Positions 38,409-48,801 of a stretch of 64,000 nucleotides of DNA are shown piece after piece. The translations under genes were made by a program, and so were the position numbers. The notes below the pieces were generated by a model. That model had not been told where the DNA came from. It worked only from the letters and a program-made list of their open reading frames with translations, and did not search any database. The stretch comes from an uncultured Gammaproteobacteria bacterium. Its GTDB lineage: Bacteria > Pseudomonadota > Gammaproteobacteria > CAWCPV01. The stretch is taken from assembly GCA_963797555.1 (NCBI GenBank), contig CAWCPV010000003.1:448001-512000 (forward strand), written 5' to 3'. Numbering within the stretch: the stretch's first letter is position 1; each line of letters starts with the position of its first letter.

Positions 38409-38642
38409 TCAGAATCGCTCCTCGATGTGGATGGTCTGGAAGCCAATCTCCTGAGCCGCCCTGGTGGCGGCCTCCAGCGAGTGGAAGACCTTCTCGGCAC
38501 CGCTGTGGTCGGTGAGCTTCACTCTCTCGCCGCTTTCGTGCTTGAACAGCATCATCCACCCGTTACCGGTGGCCGAGGGCTCAATCATGGCCCCTTTCAG
38601 GGTGCCCGAGCTAAGCTCCAGACGGACCTGTTCGATCTCCAT
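38409..38642 (-). CDS. Small hypothetical protein
   Basis: 77-aa ORF with a GGAG RBS and protein-like composition (KVFHSLEAATRAAQEIGF). Confidence 0.65.
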   Translation of the reverse strand: MEIEQVRLELSSGTLKGAMIEPSATGNGWMMLFKHESGERVKLTDHSGAEKVFHSLEAATRAAQEIGFQTIHIEERF

Positions 38643-38753
38643 AGCCGCTCCACTCCGTTTGTGGTTGTCCAATCCTGGTGACACGCGGCCGGTGCTTCAA
38701 GCCCTGCCCGACGGCAAAAACCCGCTGCCGTGTCGACTCTATGCGGCGGTCGC

Positions 38754-39884
38754 CTAACGGCTGCAGGCAGCCTGCCAACGCAGCACCTCCAGACTCAGGC
38801 GCTGCTTGGTCTGCAACAGATCCGTCTTGTCGCGCTGCAGGACGGCCACCGTGGCGCCGAGATCCTGGATACGCCGCTCCTGCTGGAAGAGAGCCTGCTG
38901 AAGCTGGGGGAATGCCACAGGCTGCTCCCGCACCGCCTGCGCAGTGCCGCCCCGGTCCTCTGCGGGCGGGCGGCTGGCGCCAGGCGCCGACGTGCCCTGG
39001 CGGGTTCCTCCGGCCGACTTCGCCTGCGGACCCGCTGCCTCACGCTCCAACGCGTGCACGCGGTGCTGGGACAGCTCCAGCGCCTGCTTCAGGCTGGCCC
39101 GCTCTTCGGCAGCCTTGCGCTCGTCATCGGCGCGCGCCTTCGCGAGCGTCGAGCGTTCCCGTTCCATGGCGTTCACGCGGGCCATGAGGTCCTGGATCAT
39201 GCGGTCCTTCTGGCTGAGGTCTTCGACCCCCTGTTCCTGCTGCGCCTCCAACACTTGCTGCTTCCTGACCTGGGTTTGCTCGAGCATGTAGGCGCGGGCC
39301 CGCGCCGCATCGAGCGCAGTCTTCAGGCGCTCCACCTCCCGCTCCAGGGATTCTTTGTCCTTCTGCTTCTCGGCGCTGTCCTTGGCCAGGTGGGCAAAGC
39401 GCGTCTGCAGCTCTTGGATGAGGGAATCCTTCTCGTGGACGCTCGCCTGCAACTCCTGCAGCGCCTGAGTGTGCCGGCTTTGCATCTCTGCCAGCTCCTG
39501 CTGCGCGGCCGTTCTGGCTTGGGAGAGCTGCCGATTCGCCTGCCCTTGCGCATTCAGCGTCTTTTCGAGGTCCGTCGCATGAGCCTCCGCTCGTCGGCGC
39601 TGCGTCTCGCAAGTGTCACGGACGGTCTGGGCCTTCTGCAGAGCACCCCGGATCTGCGTGGCCTGTGTCTGCAGAGCCTCCACCTGCTGTTTGAGGCCTG
39701 CGTTGCGTCGCTGCAACGCCTGCTCGCTCCCCGAGCACTCGGCGGAGAGTCGGTCCACTTTGGCATGCAGGGCGTCGGCCTCGGCTCGCAAAGGCTGATA
39801 CCGGTCCCGGTAGAAGTACGCGGCATAGGCGGCAAGGCATGCGATGACAATCACGAGCATCCACCTGACAAGCCATTTACCCAT
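38754..39884 (-). CDS. Membrane-anchored coiled-coil protein
   Basis: One N-terminal hydrophobic helix followed by Q/E/A/L-rich heptads. Confidence 0.7.
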   Translation of the reverse strand: MGKWLVRWMLVIVIACLAAYAAYFYRDRYQPLRAEADALHAKVDRLSAECSGSEQALQRRNAGLKQQVEALQTQATQIRGALQKAQTVRDTCETQRRRAEAHATDLEKTLNAQGQANRQLSQARTAAQQELAEMQSRHTQALQELQASVHEKDSLIQELQTRFAHLAKDSAEKQKDKESLEREVERLKTALDAARARAYMLEQTQVRKQQVLEAQQEQGVEDLSQKDRMIQDLMARVNAMERERSTLAKARADDERKAAEERASLKQALELSQHRVHALEREAAGPQAKSAGGTRQGTSAPGASRPPAEDRGGTAQAVREQPVAFPQLQQALFQQERRIQDLGATVAVLQRDKTDLLQTKQRLSLEVLRWQAACSR

Positions 39885-39979
39885 GGATCGTTCCCTCTTT
39901 TGCTGGCGCACACCATGACGTCAAGCCAAAAGGGCCGACCGGCACGGCATCTCTGCCCACGGCCGACTCCGACCCGGGA

Positions 39980-40597
39980 TCATTCACCCCCGGTCCAGCG
40001 CGCACGCAGCGAGTCGCGGTTCAGTGCGAGCCATTGTAAGGCGATGATCGGCGTCGCCGAAAGGATGCGGCCTTCCGCCAGCGCGTGGAGCGCTTCGGTC
40101 CAAGGCATTACGAGCGCCCGGATGTCCTCGCCCTCCTCCAGCAGCCCGTGTACGCCATCGACGCCGCTCGCATCTGTGCGGGCGCAGAATAGCGCGATCC
40201 ACTCGGAAGTGCCGCCCGGACTCACCAGGTAGTCGTAGATGGGGACCAGCTCATGGATCACGCAGCCCGCCTCCTCCATGGCTTCGCGCCGAGCGACCTC
40301 GGCCGGCGCTTCGTTCGGTTCGACGATCCCGGCGATGGTCTCCAAGATCCATGCCCCACCGGGAGCCCCGAGGGCACCGATGCGGAACTGCTCCACCAAG
40401 ACCACCTCATCGCGGAATGGGTCGTACGGGAGGACCGCGGCCGCATGTCCGCGATCGAGGAGTTCTCGGGTGAGCAGGGGACTCCAACCACCCCGGAACA
40501 GCTCGTGGCGCAAGCGGTACCGTACCAGGCGGAAAAAGCCCTGATAGGCGACGGTGGATTCGACGAGCTGGATTCTCCGGCCTGGAAGATCGCTCAC
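39980..40597 (-). CDS. nudF: ADP-ribose pyrophosphatase (Nudix)
   Basis: RGHAAAVLPYDP, EQFRIGA, Nudix box AGIVEPNE...ARREAMEEAG, SPGG and HGLLEEGEDI. Confidence 0.9.
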   Translation of the reverse strand: MSDLPGRRIQLVESTVAYQGFFRLVRYRLRHELFRGGWSPLLTRELLDRGHAAAVLPYDPFRDEVVLVEQFRIGALGAPGGAWILETIAGIVEPNEAPAEVARREAMEEAGCVIHELVPIYDYLVSPGGTSEWIALFCARTDASGVDGVHGLLEEGEDIRALVMPWTEALHALAEGRILSATPIIALQWLALNRDSLRARWTGGE

Positions 40598-40818
40598 GGG
40601 CTGCCTCCAGTGCGCGAGGGTGTCTCCAGGCCCTCCAGATCGGCTTCTGTGCCGCCCGCTCGGCGATAGGCCTCGCGGTGCAGCGGTCCCTCGACGGCCC
40701 TGCGCAGATAACGCCGTGACAGCCGCAGGAAGGTGCGCTCCGGGTGCAGGCCGCACCGCTTGCAGCAACAACCGAGACAGCGCCGGCCGACCGCGACGTG
40801 CCCGACCTCCTCCTCTGA

Positions 40819-40926
40819 GAGCTTGTGAAAAAATCGAAAATCTGGCCGGCCTCCACGCGGAAGTAACTGATTTATAACGCTTTTGATATGTAGCAAACGG
40901 TGTCTTGGCGATTTATTCACAAGCTC
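40819..40926. mobile_element. 108-bp MITE-like element
   Basis: Terminal inverted repeats AGAGCTTGTGAAAAAATCG / CGATTTATTCACAAGCTCT (18 of 19 match), flanking TGA (or CTGAG) direct repeats and an AT-rich interior. Confidence 0.7.
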
Positions 40927-41185
40927 TGAGATGAGATGCAGGATAGCCGCGCCGTCTGAAATGCCGTGCGTCCTCCGCCGCGACGCGCACCCAGTCATGG
41001 TCGTAGGCGCGCGGGCATGGCCGGAAAGCGATGTACGGCACCCCAGGCGAGGGTCACTGCGCCGAGCGCGATGTGGGCAAGCCCGTGGATTAGCGCGGCC
41101 CGACCGAAACGGGGCGCCAGGGCGTGGCGGGCGGTTGGACCCAGGGCTATGAGCCGCGAGGCACTCCCTGGCGGCTCCGAACAGG

Positions 41186-43075
41186 TTAGCCCTGCTCACC
41201 GGCCCCGGCCATCAGTAGCATCAGTTCGTTGAGCCGACGCACGAAGGCGGCCGGATCCTCCAACTGCCCCCCTTCGCTCAGCACTGCCTGCTCGAACAAC
41301 ATGGCCGACCAGTCCGCGAAACGGGCCGCGTCCTGCTCGTCCCTGATGCGCAACACGAGCGGGTGCGTGGGATTGACCTCCAGCGCCGGCTTGCTCCGGG
41401 GGACCTGTTGACCGGCGGCGCGCAGCATGCGTTCGAGGTGTGTGCCCAGCCCATGCTCATCCGCGACCAGACAGGCGGGCGAAGATGTCAGTCGTTGAGA
41501 GACCCGGACCTCGGTCACTCGGTCCCCGAGTGCGTCCTTGAGGCGTTTGGTGAGATCCTCGAGCTCGTCCGCGCCCTTATGGTGCTGCTCCTGATCTTCT
41601 TGATCCTGCAGGGCTCCAAGATCCAGCCCTCCCTTGGCTACCGATTGTAGCGGCTTACCCTCGAACTCGGTCAGGTGTGCCACCACCCAGTCGTCTACAC
41701 GGTCGTGCAGCAGCAACACCTCTATGCCTTTCTTGCGAAACACTTCCAAGTGCGGGCTGCTGCGGGCGGTGTTGAAGCCGTCGGCAACCACGTAGTAGAT
41801 CGCCTTCTGCCCTTCTTTCATGCGGCCGACGTAAGCCTCCAGGGACGCATCCTGGGCGGCGCTGTCCGTGTGCGTCGAGGCGAAACGCAGCAGTTTGGCG
41901 ATGCGCTCGCGATTGGCGGGATCCTCGATCACACCCTCTTTGAGCACCTGCCCGAATTCCTTCCAGTAGGCGGCGAATTTCTCCTGCTGGGTCGCTGCGA
42001 GGTCCTCGAGCAGCTCCAGGATCTTGCGCGTGGCACCGGCGCGCAGCGTGTCGATGTCTTTGCTGTGCTGCAGGATCTCCCGCGAGATGTTGAGTGGCAG
42101 GTCGTCCGAGTCGATGACGCCGCGCACGAAGCGCAGATAGCGGGGCAGCAGATGCTCGCTGTCCTCCATGATGAACACCCGCCGCACGTAGAGCTTGATC
42201 CCGTGCCGCTGCTCGCGGTCCCACAGGTCGAACGGAGCGTGGGCCGGGAGGTAAAGCAAAGCCGTGTACTCGTGGCGCCCCTCCATGTGGCTGTGCACCC
42301 AGGCCAGCGGCGCCTCGAAGTCGTGTCCAACATGCTTGTAGAACTCTGCGTAATCGTCGTCACTGATCTCGGACTTGGGCCGCGCCCAGAACGCCGACGC
42401 CCGGTTCACGGTCTCCTCCTCTCCCTTCTCACCGGTCATGAGGATGGGTATCGGGATGTGATCGGAGTACTTGTGCACGATCGCCATCAGCCTGCGGTTG
42501 TCCAGGAACTCGTTCTCGCCCTCGCGCAGGTGCAGCGTCACCTCGGTGCCGCGCTTCGCCCGATCCACCGTCTCGACCGTATAGGCGCCCTCGCCAGTGG
42601 ACTCCCAGCGAACGCCATGCTCACGTCCCAGGCCGGCGCGCCGCGTGATCACGGTCACTTTGTCGGCAACAATGAACGCCGAGTAGAAGCCTACGCCGAA
42701 CTGACCGATCAGCTTGGCGTCTTTCGCCTGATCTCCCGTTAGGGACGCCATGAACTGGCGTGTGCCCGACTTGGCGATCGTCCCGAGCTGGTCGATCACC
42801 TCGGTACGGGTCATTCCGACACCGTTGTCCGACACCGTGATGGTGCGCGCCTCCTGGTCGTACCTGACGCGGATGCGCAGGTCGCTTTCGCCTTCGTAAA
42901 GCGCATCGTCCGTCAACGCCTCGAAACGCAGCCTGTCCATGGCATCGGCGGCGTTGGAGATCAGCTCCCGCAGAAAGATCTCCTTGTTGCTATAGAGCGA
43001 GTGAATCATGAGGTTCAGCAACTGCCGCACCTCGGTTTGGAAGTCCAGTGTTTCCTTGTGCGCATCCACACTCAT
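41186..43075 (-). CDS. htpG: Chaperone HtpG (Hsp90)
   Basis: [41 protein letters not shown] and [11 protein letters not shown]. Confidence 0.97.
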   Translation of the reverse strand: MSVDAHKETLDFQTEVRQLLNLMIHSLYSNKEIFLRELISNAADAMDRLRFEALTDDALYEGESDLRIRVRYDQEARTITVSDNGVGMTRTEVIDQLGTIAKSGTRQFMASLTGDQAKDAKLIGQFGVGFYSAFIVADKVTVITRRAGLGREHGVRWESTGEGAYTVETVDRAKRGTEVTLHLREGENEFLDNRRLMAIVHKYSDHIPIPILMTGEKGEEETVNRASAFWARPKSEISDDDYAEFYKHVGHDFEAPLAWVHSHMEGRHEYTALLYLPAHAPFDLWDREQRHGIKLYVRRVFIMEDSEHLLPRYLRFVRGVIDSDDLPLNISREILQHSKDIDTLRAGATRKILELLEDLAATQQEKFAAYWKEFGQVLKEGVIEDPANRERIAKLLRFASTHTDSAAQDASLEAYVGRMKEGQKAIYYVVADGFNTARSSPHLEVFRKKGIEVLLLHDRVDDWVVAHLTEFEGKPLQSVAKGGLDLGALQDQEDQEQHHKGADELEDLTKRLKDALGDRVTEVRVSQRLTSSPACLVADEHGLGTHLERMLRAAGQQVPRSKPALEVNPTHPLVLRIRDEQDAARFADWSAMLFEQAVLSEGGQLEDPAAFVRRLNELMLLMAGAGEQG

Positions 43076-43111
43076 CGATACATACCCCCGTCGTATGCAA
43101 CCGGCTGAGGG

Positions 43112-43138
43112 ATAGGGCTACCCTCGGGCGAAATCAAG
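43112..43138 (-). promoter_or_regulatory. Putative sigma-32 promoter of htpG
   Basis: Minus strand CTTGAT-N15-CCCTAT, resembling CTTGAA...CCCCAT, upstream of a heat-shock gene. Confidence 0.5.
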
Positions 43139-43743
43139 TCGTGATCGGTTGCGAAGCGCGAACAGCGGCGGCTGGCGCGCGGACATCGAGGCCGTGCCGG
43201 TTCAGCCGGCATTCAGACTGCCATGCATATCATTGGTCCTGGAACAGATCGAGGCAAGTCCCACGATCGGTAAATCATTTGCATACCAACCGCACCCCTG
43301 CTAATTTCGCAGTCTGCAGCGCGGTTCGGGAGTCGGTTTCGGCCGGCGCCAAGCCCTGGCCCTCTGCCCGCACGGACTCCCTTCAAACCCCCGGCCCGGA
43401 TACCCACACCCCTTAGCCGCGGCCGTCTGCGGCCAAGCCTAGGGACCGCTCTGAGCGGGGTCATGCTCCTTGACCGTCGTGTGTGAATCGGCAGGGCCCT
43501 GGGATATTGAGCACGTCGGGTAGGCCGGGGCCGGCCCCAGTGATGCGGTATTCGTGAGCGGAAATGCACTTCTTGGCACCACTTCCTCGTTATCAGGAAG
43601 ATGGAAGGCGCCCCGGACAACCAGCGCGACAAACCTTTCCCGCCCGCCGGAATTCCGTTAACTTACTGTGTTTCCAGGCAACACGGACTCTGCGGCCACC
43701 GTCTTCCAGGAGTGGCCTTGGAGGATCACCAAACGAGGACGAC

Positions 43744-44526
43744 ATGGGTTTCCTACAAGAGAAACGGGCGCTTATCGTAGGACTTGCCAGTAACCGCTCC
43801 ATCGCGTGGGGCATCGCTCAGGCCATGAGGCGAGAGGGTGCGGATCTCGCCTTTACCTACCAGAACGATAAGCTACGCGAACGCGTAGAGACCCTCGCCG
43901 CCGAGTGCGGCTCTTCCATCGCGCTGCCCTGCGATGTCAGCAGCGACGCAGAGATCGAGCAAGCATTCGAGCGCCTGGACGACTACTGGAGCCACCTGGA
44001 CATCATCGTGCATTCCGTGGCGTTTGCGCCGCGCACGGAACTGCAGGGCAGCTTCTTGGACAGCGTCAGCCGGGAGGGCTTCCGCGTCGCCCACGAAATC
44101 AGCTCATACAGCTTGACCGCGTTGGCCAAAATCGGCCGCGCCATGATGCAAGGGCGTCGCGGGGCGCTCCTCACTCTGAGCTACCTGGGCGCGAAAAAGG
44201 CCGTCCCCAATTACAACGTCATGGGTCTCGCCAAGGCGAGTCTGGAGGCCAACGTGCGTTACCTCGCGCTCAGCCTCGGGGCCGAGGGGATCCGCGTCAA
44301 TGCGATCTCCGCCGGGCCGCTCAGGACGCTGGCCGCCTCAGGCATCACGGATTTCCGCAGGCTCTTGGAATATGTGGAGAAGGGTGCTCCGTTGCGGCGT
44401 AACGTCACCCTCGAGGAGGTAGGGAATGCCGGAGCGTTCCTCTGCTCAGACCTCGCCTCGGGGATCACCGGCGATGTGCTCTATGTGGACTGCGGGTTCC
44501 ATATCGTAGCCGTGGGTGGCATCTGA
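43744..44526 (+). CDS. fabI: Enoyl-ACP reductase
   Basis: [26 protein letters not shown] and [14 protein letters not shown]. Confidence 0.96.
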   Translation: MGFLQEKRALIVGLASNRSIAWGIAQAMRREGADLAFTYQNDKLRERVETLAAECGSSIALPCDVSSDAEIEQAFERLDDYWSHLDIIVHSVAFAPRTELQGSFLDSVSREGFRVAHEISSYSLTALAKIGRAMMQGRRGALLTLSYLGAKKAVPNYNVMGLAKASLEANVRYLALSLGAEGIRVNAISAGPLRTLAASGITDFRRLLEYVEKGAPLRRNVTLEEVGNAGAFLCSDLASGITGDVLYVDCGFHIVAVGGI

Positions 44527-44710
44527 TAGCCGCCTTGGCGCCAGTGCCGCACCTCCGGAGCCCACGCTCCGCACGCCCCGAGCCGTGGCGCGCGGGTAGT
44601 TTGGTCACTGTGAAAATGCGCCCCGGGCGCCCTACGTCTCCCCTCGCGCACGGGACAAGGGAACCGGTCGCGCCCGACTGGACACCCTGTTCTTCAACGC
44701 GGCAAAGATG

Positions 44711-46201
44711 GGTTCTTCCCGGAATCGTGTGGGTAGCAATGCCTATGCCGCAGCGGCATCTGCCTGATCTCTGACACCAGGGGGTGTGTTGAGCGGCGAG
44801 GCGGGCAGGTGGGCGAGATTGCCGGCGATGAGGTAGGCGATGGTGATGAGCGAGTGCGTGGTGCGGTAGCCCCGGGCGCGGGCCTTGGCGGCCTGGATGA
44901 GGGAGTTGATGCCCTCGGCGCGGCCGTTGGTGAGGCCCGAGTGGAACGCGGCGAGGATGCCGTTCCAGTGCTCTTTCAGGGTAGTGGCGAGGCGTTTCAT
45001 GGGCTGCAGGCGGCCGTGCCCAGCTATACCAGCGCCCGAGGGCGCTCTCGGCCTGCTCGAGGGTGCTGGCCGTGGCGTAGATATCGCGCAGCGCCTCCTT
45101 GAGGCGCCAGGCGCGGGCGGTCTTGAGGCGGGCGCGGGAGAGCCAGTGGAAGTCGGTGAGTTGGTCCCAGCCAGGTCCAGCGGGTGCCTCTGAGGGCGGG
45201 CTCGGTCTTGATCTCCTGGCGGCGCACCGCGTCGACCGCCTCGTTGGCGAGCTTGATCACGTGGAAGGCATCGAAGCTCACCGTGGCCTGGGGCAGGTGC
45301 CTGGCCACCCCGGCGCGGTAGGCGGCGGACAGGTCGATGCACACCTGCTCGATGGCCTGCGGGTCGCCGCCGTGCGCCTTGAGGTCGGCGGCGAAGGCCG
45401 CCACGGTGCTCTGGTCGCGGCCCTCGCAGGCGAACAGCAGGCGTTTTCCCGTGAGGTCATGGAACAGGCTGATGTAGTGCTGTTCACGCCGGGCAGCGGT
45501 CTCGTCCAGGCCCACAGCGCTCACCTGCGAGTGGTCCTCCTGAGCGCGGGCACTGCCTACGTAGTGATCGAGCACCCCCCACAGGCGCTCATCGCCCACA
45601 CCCAGGTGCCGAGCCACGGTCGCCACCGGCAGGGCCTGGCACAGCGTGACCACCAGCGCCTCCATCAGCGCCGTGAAGCCACTGTGTGCGCGCGCCCACG
45701 GCGCTTCGACCTGGGTCGTCTTGCCGCAGGCCTCGCAGCGCACCCGCGGCAGATGCGCGTGCAGGTACGCCCGTGACTTAAAGAAGCTCAGGTGCTGCCA
45801 ACTGCGCTCCCGGGTGTCGTGCACCGGCTGGCCTTGCACTCCGCAGGCCGGGCAGGCAAAGCGGCTGCCCTTGGCAAACGCCACCTCGAGGTCGATGCGC
45901 CCAGCCTCGGGGTCGAAGCGCACGTCGGTGACCTCCCAAGGCACCGTCAGGCCCAGTGCCGTGGTAAACAGATGCGTGGGCTGCACGGTGCTCCCCCCTT
46001 GGAGACGGCCTGTGGATTTGTGGACGAGCCCTGCGGAGCGGCCCGCGTCCCAAGGACCGTGTGGACAACCTCCCGGTTGCCCACACTCGCGGGCCTCTCG
46101 CCCACCACCCCACAAGCCCCAACCACAAGATGTTGTGATAAGCGACTAGTCAGGACAGATGCTACTTCACCACCGCGACCCACACAATTTCCGAAAGAGC
46201 C
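44711..46201 (-). mobile_element. ISL3-family insertion sequence
   Basis: Imperfect 24-bp IRs (GGTTCTTCCCGGAATCGTGTGGGT vs GGCTCTTTCGGAAATTGTGTGGGT, 19/24) and an 8-bp target duplication CAAAGATG at 44703-44710 and 46202-46209. Confidence 0.93.
44743..45986 (-). CDS. ISL3 transposase (frameshifted, possibly internally shortened)
   Basis: Zinc finger CPACG...CEACG, GLDET, CIDLS, FDAFHVIKLANEAVD and TNGRAEGINSLIQAAKARARGYR. The frame breaks around 45020-45170. Confidence 0.85.
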
Positions 46202-46239
46202 CAAAGATGCTCATCGTCCCGTTCCGCTCATCCTGACGT

Positions 46240-46286
46240 CGGCCATCGCCGCTATCGGGGCGCACTGCAGATTTATCCACAAACTC
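46240..46286 (-). repeat. Partial copy of the dispersed MITE-like family
   Basis: Minus strand GAGTTTGTGGATAAATCTGCAGTGCGCCCCGATAGCGGCG closely matches GAGCTTGTAAGTAAATCTGCTGCGCGCCCCGATGGCGGCG at ~55562. Confidence 0.6.
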
Positions 46287-48180
46287 AGAGCCGCTCGGAA
46301 TAAATCTTGACGTCGGCCTCCTGGCGGAGGGTCTGCATCCAATCGCCGAAGTCGTCGGCACCCAGTTGCCGTGCCAGATCCCTGGCCGCGGCCTTACGAA
46401 GCTTCTCGTCGACCTTCCCGAGGTCACCGTCCACTACACCTGTCAGCCTCACCAGCACACAGTCTCCCGTGGGGAAAACGACGCTACCGTAGGCAGCCCC
46501 GTGCGGGCCGGGACGAGGCAGGGCGAAGGCAGTGCTGAGCAGGGCAGGGTTGAGGCTATGGTCGTCACGCTTCACGGTCACCGTCGGCGCCCACTCGAGC
46601 CCTTGCCCCTGGGCAAGAGCGGCCGGATCCTTCCCCTGCCGCAGATCCGCAAGCAGCTTCTCTCCGAGGTCCTTCACCTCCGCCTTGGCCTGCTGGAAAC
46701 GCAAGCGCTGCTCGATCTCTGCGCGCACATCCGCGAGGGGCCGCACGGCACTTGGCTTGTGATCCCGCACTCGCACAACAACCAGATCGTCGGGGGCCAG
46801 TTCAATTGCCTGACTGTTGTAACCGTCCTTCAGCACCTCCTGACTGAATGCCGCAGTCAGCACCTTGGGATTGGCGGCGATTCCGCCGCCGCCACCGCGG
46901 CCGAAGAAACCAGTCGTCTTGATCGCCAGATTCAGCTCCTTCGCGGCAAGCTCCAGCGTGTCCGGGTGCTCGTAGGTGAGGTCACCGAGCTTCTCGCCTT
47001 TTTCCAGGAACTCGCGCTCCGCCTCTCGCCGACGGTAGTCAGCGAGAAGCTGTGCGCGAACCTCCTGGAACGGTTTCACGGTGGCGGGCTTCACATCCTC
47101 GAGCTTCACGACGTGAAAGCCGTATGAGGTTCTCGCAAGGCGTATCTCACCCGGCCGCATGGAGAAAACGACTTGGTCCATCGCCGGATCCATCGAACCC
47201 TGACCGAAATACCCCAGGTCACCACCCTGTTTCGCCGATCCCGGATCCTCGGAGAACTCCCGCGCCAGATCGCCCATGTTCTCGCCTTTCTTGATCCTCT
47301 CCAGAAGCTTCTCCGCCTTCTCCCGAGCGGCCTGCGCCGCGGTCTGAGGGGCGTCGTGGGCGACCGCGACGAGGATATGGCGGGCCCGACGCTGCTCTTC
47401 CACGGCGAAATCTCCCTTGCGCTCCTCGTACACCTTGTGCAGTGCATCCTCCGAAGGCTCGGGAATGGCGCGCGCCAAGTCGCCCACCTTGAGCTCCAGA
47501 TAAGCCAAATCGACCTGCTCGGGCGACGTTAGTTGTGTCTTGTGGGCCTCGTAATAGGCACCGACCGCTTGATCGCTGACCTTCGCGGCCTCCATGGACC
47601 GAGCCACCGGGACGACCAGATGACTAAATTCGCGCTCTTGCTCCTTTAGGAGCAGGATCCGATTGACGGCCTCTGAAGTCACCCCATGGCTGGCGCGAAT
47701 TCCCTGGCCCAGTTGGTCGAGGAGCATGCCCTGGCGTAGCTGCGCCTCGAAGGCAGCGGACGTGAGCCCCTGGGATTGAAGGATGCGCGCGTACGCATCG
47801 CGGTCGAAACGACCCCCCTGCTGGAACGCGGGCAGGGACTCGATCTCTCCCCCCAGTTGGGCATCGGTCACATGCAGCCCCATCCCCTGCACAGTCTGGA
47901 TCAGAAGCAACCGGTTGATAAGCGCATCGAGAACTTGCCGCTTGATCGCCTTCTCGTCGACACCCTCGGGAAGTGCCGACCCCAGGCGTTGCCGCTCCTG
48001 CTGATAGGCGCGATCCAGCTCCGCCAGCTTGATATCGCGTCCGTTGACGCTGGCGACGACTACCTCCTTGCCGCCGGAGAAATACTGCTGGATGCCCCAC
48101 AGCGCAAACGGGATGGCGATGAGAATCACTATTACCCACGCCAGCACGCCGGTGGCGCGGTCACGGATACCCTGGAGCAT
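46285..48180 (-). CDS. ppiD: Periplasmic chaperone/PPIase PpiD
   Basis: N-terminal TM helix, SurA-like N domain and parvulin motif ARHILV...SEDPGSAKQGGDLGYF; follows hupB and the tRNAs. Confidence 0.92.
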   Translation of the reverse strand: MLQGIRDRATGVLAWVIVILIAIPFALWGIQQYFSGGKEVVVASVNGRDIKLAELDRAYQQERQRLGSALPEGVDEKAIKRQVLDALINRLLLIQTVQGMGLHVTDAQLGGEIESLPAFQQGGRFDRDAYARILQSQGLTSAAFEAQLRQGMLLDQLGQGIRASHGVTSEAVNRILLLKEQEREFSHLVVPVARSMEAAKVSDQAVGAYYEAHKTQLTSPEQVDLAYLELKVGDLARAIPEPSEDALHKVYEERKGDFAVEEQRRARHILVAVAHDAPQTAAQAAREKAEKLLERIKKGENMGDLAREFSEDPGSAKQGGDLGYFGQGSMDPAMDQVVFSMRPGEIRLARTSYGFHVVKLEDVKPATVKPFQEVRAQLLADYRRREAEREFLEKGEKLGDLTYEHPDTLELAAKELNLAIKTTGFFGRGGGGGIAANPKVLTAAFSQEVLKDGYNSQAIELAPDDLVVVRVRDHKPSAVRPLADVRAEIEQRLRFQQAKAEVKDLGEKLLADLRQGKDPAALAQGQGLEWAPTVTVKRDDHSLNPALLSTAFALPRPGPHGAAYGSVVFPTGDCVLVRLTGVVDGDLGKVDEKLRKAAARDLARQLGADDFGDWMQTLRQEADVKIYSERL

Positions 48181-48250
48181 ACGATTCGGGACTTAGCGCG
48201 AACAAAACGAGCCGCTGGCACGCCTGCCGCGCGCCAGCGCTGCTGGAGTA

Positions 48251-48327
48251 TGGCGGAGTGGACGGGACTCGAACCCGCGACCCCCGGCTTGACAGGCCGG
48301 TATTCTAACCAGCTGAACTACCACTCC
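48251..48327 (-). tRNA. tRNA-Asp(GTC)
   Basis: GGAGTGGTAGTTCAGCTGGTTAGAATACCGGCCTGTCAAGCCGGGGGTCGCGGGTTCGAGTCCCGTCCACTCCGCCA. Confidence 0.96.
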
Positions 48328-48333
48328 TTGGCT

Positions 48334-48409
48334 TGGTGGGTGCTGAGGGGTTTGAACCCCCGACCTTCGCCTTGTAAGGGCGACGCTCTCCCGGCTGAGC
48401 TAAGCACCC
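48334..48409 (-). tRNA. tRNA-Val(TAC)
   Basis: GGGTGCTTAGCTCAGCCGGGAGAGCGTCGCCCTTACAAGGCGAAGGTCGGGGGTTCAAACCCCTCAGCACCCACCA. Confidence 0.96.
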
Positions 48410-48421
48410 GAGGACAACTGG

Positions 48422-48694
48422 TTATTTTACGGCATCCTTGAGTGCCTTGCCAGGCTTGAAGACCGGCGTCTTCGTCGCCGGAATCTTGATCTGAGCCCCG
48501 GTGCGAGGATTGCGGCCGGTACGCGCCGCGCGCTTGCGCACGGAGAACGTCCCGAAACCGACCAGCGTAACGGCACCCCCTTTTTTTAAGGCGCCGGTAA
48601 CGGTCTCCACCATGCTGTCAACGGCACGCGCGGCAGCGGCCTTGGAGATGTCGGAGGACTCTGCAACGGATTGGATCAATTCGGACTTATTCAT
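48422..48694 (-). CDS. hupB: DNA-binding protein HU
   Basis: MNKSELI...[25 protein letters not shown]; located downstream of lon. Confidence 0.95.
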   Translation of the reverse strand: MNKSELIQSVAESSDISKAAAARAVDSMVETVTGALKKGGAVTLVGFGTFSVRKRAARTGRNPRTGAQIKIPATKTPVFKPGKALKDAVK

Positions 48695-48801
48695 TGGTCG
48701 CACCCCTTTGGTGTTGTAAAGACGCCCTACCTCGCACACTACCGTGTTGCGAGGGGACGTTATACCAACTGTCCAAAACGTGCGTCAAGGGGTGGCGCCG
48801 C

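Noticed and set aside
46273-46281. Perfect DnaA box TTATCCACA
   Set aside because: A single copy that falls inside the MITE-like terminus, with no oriC context.
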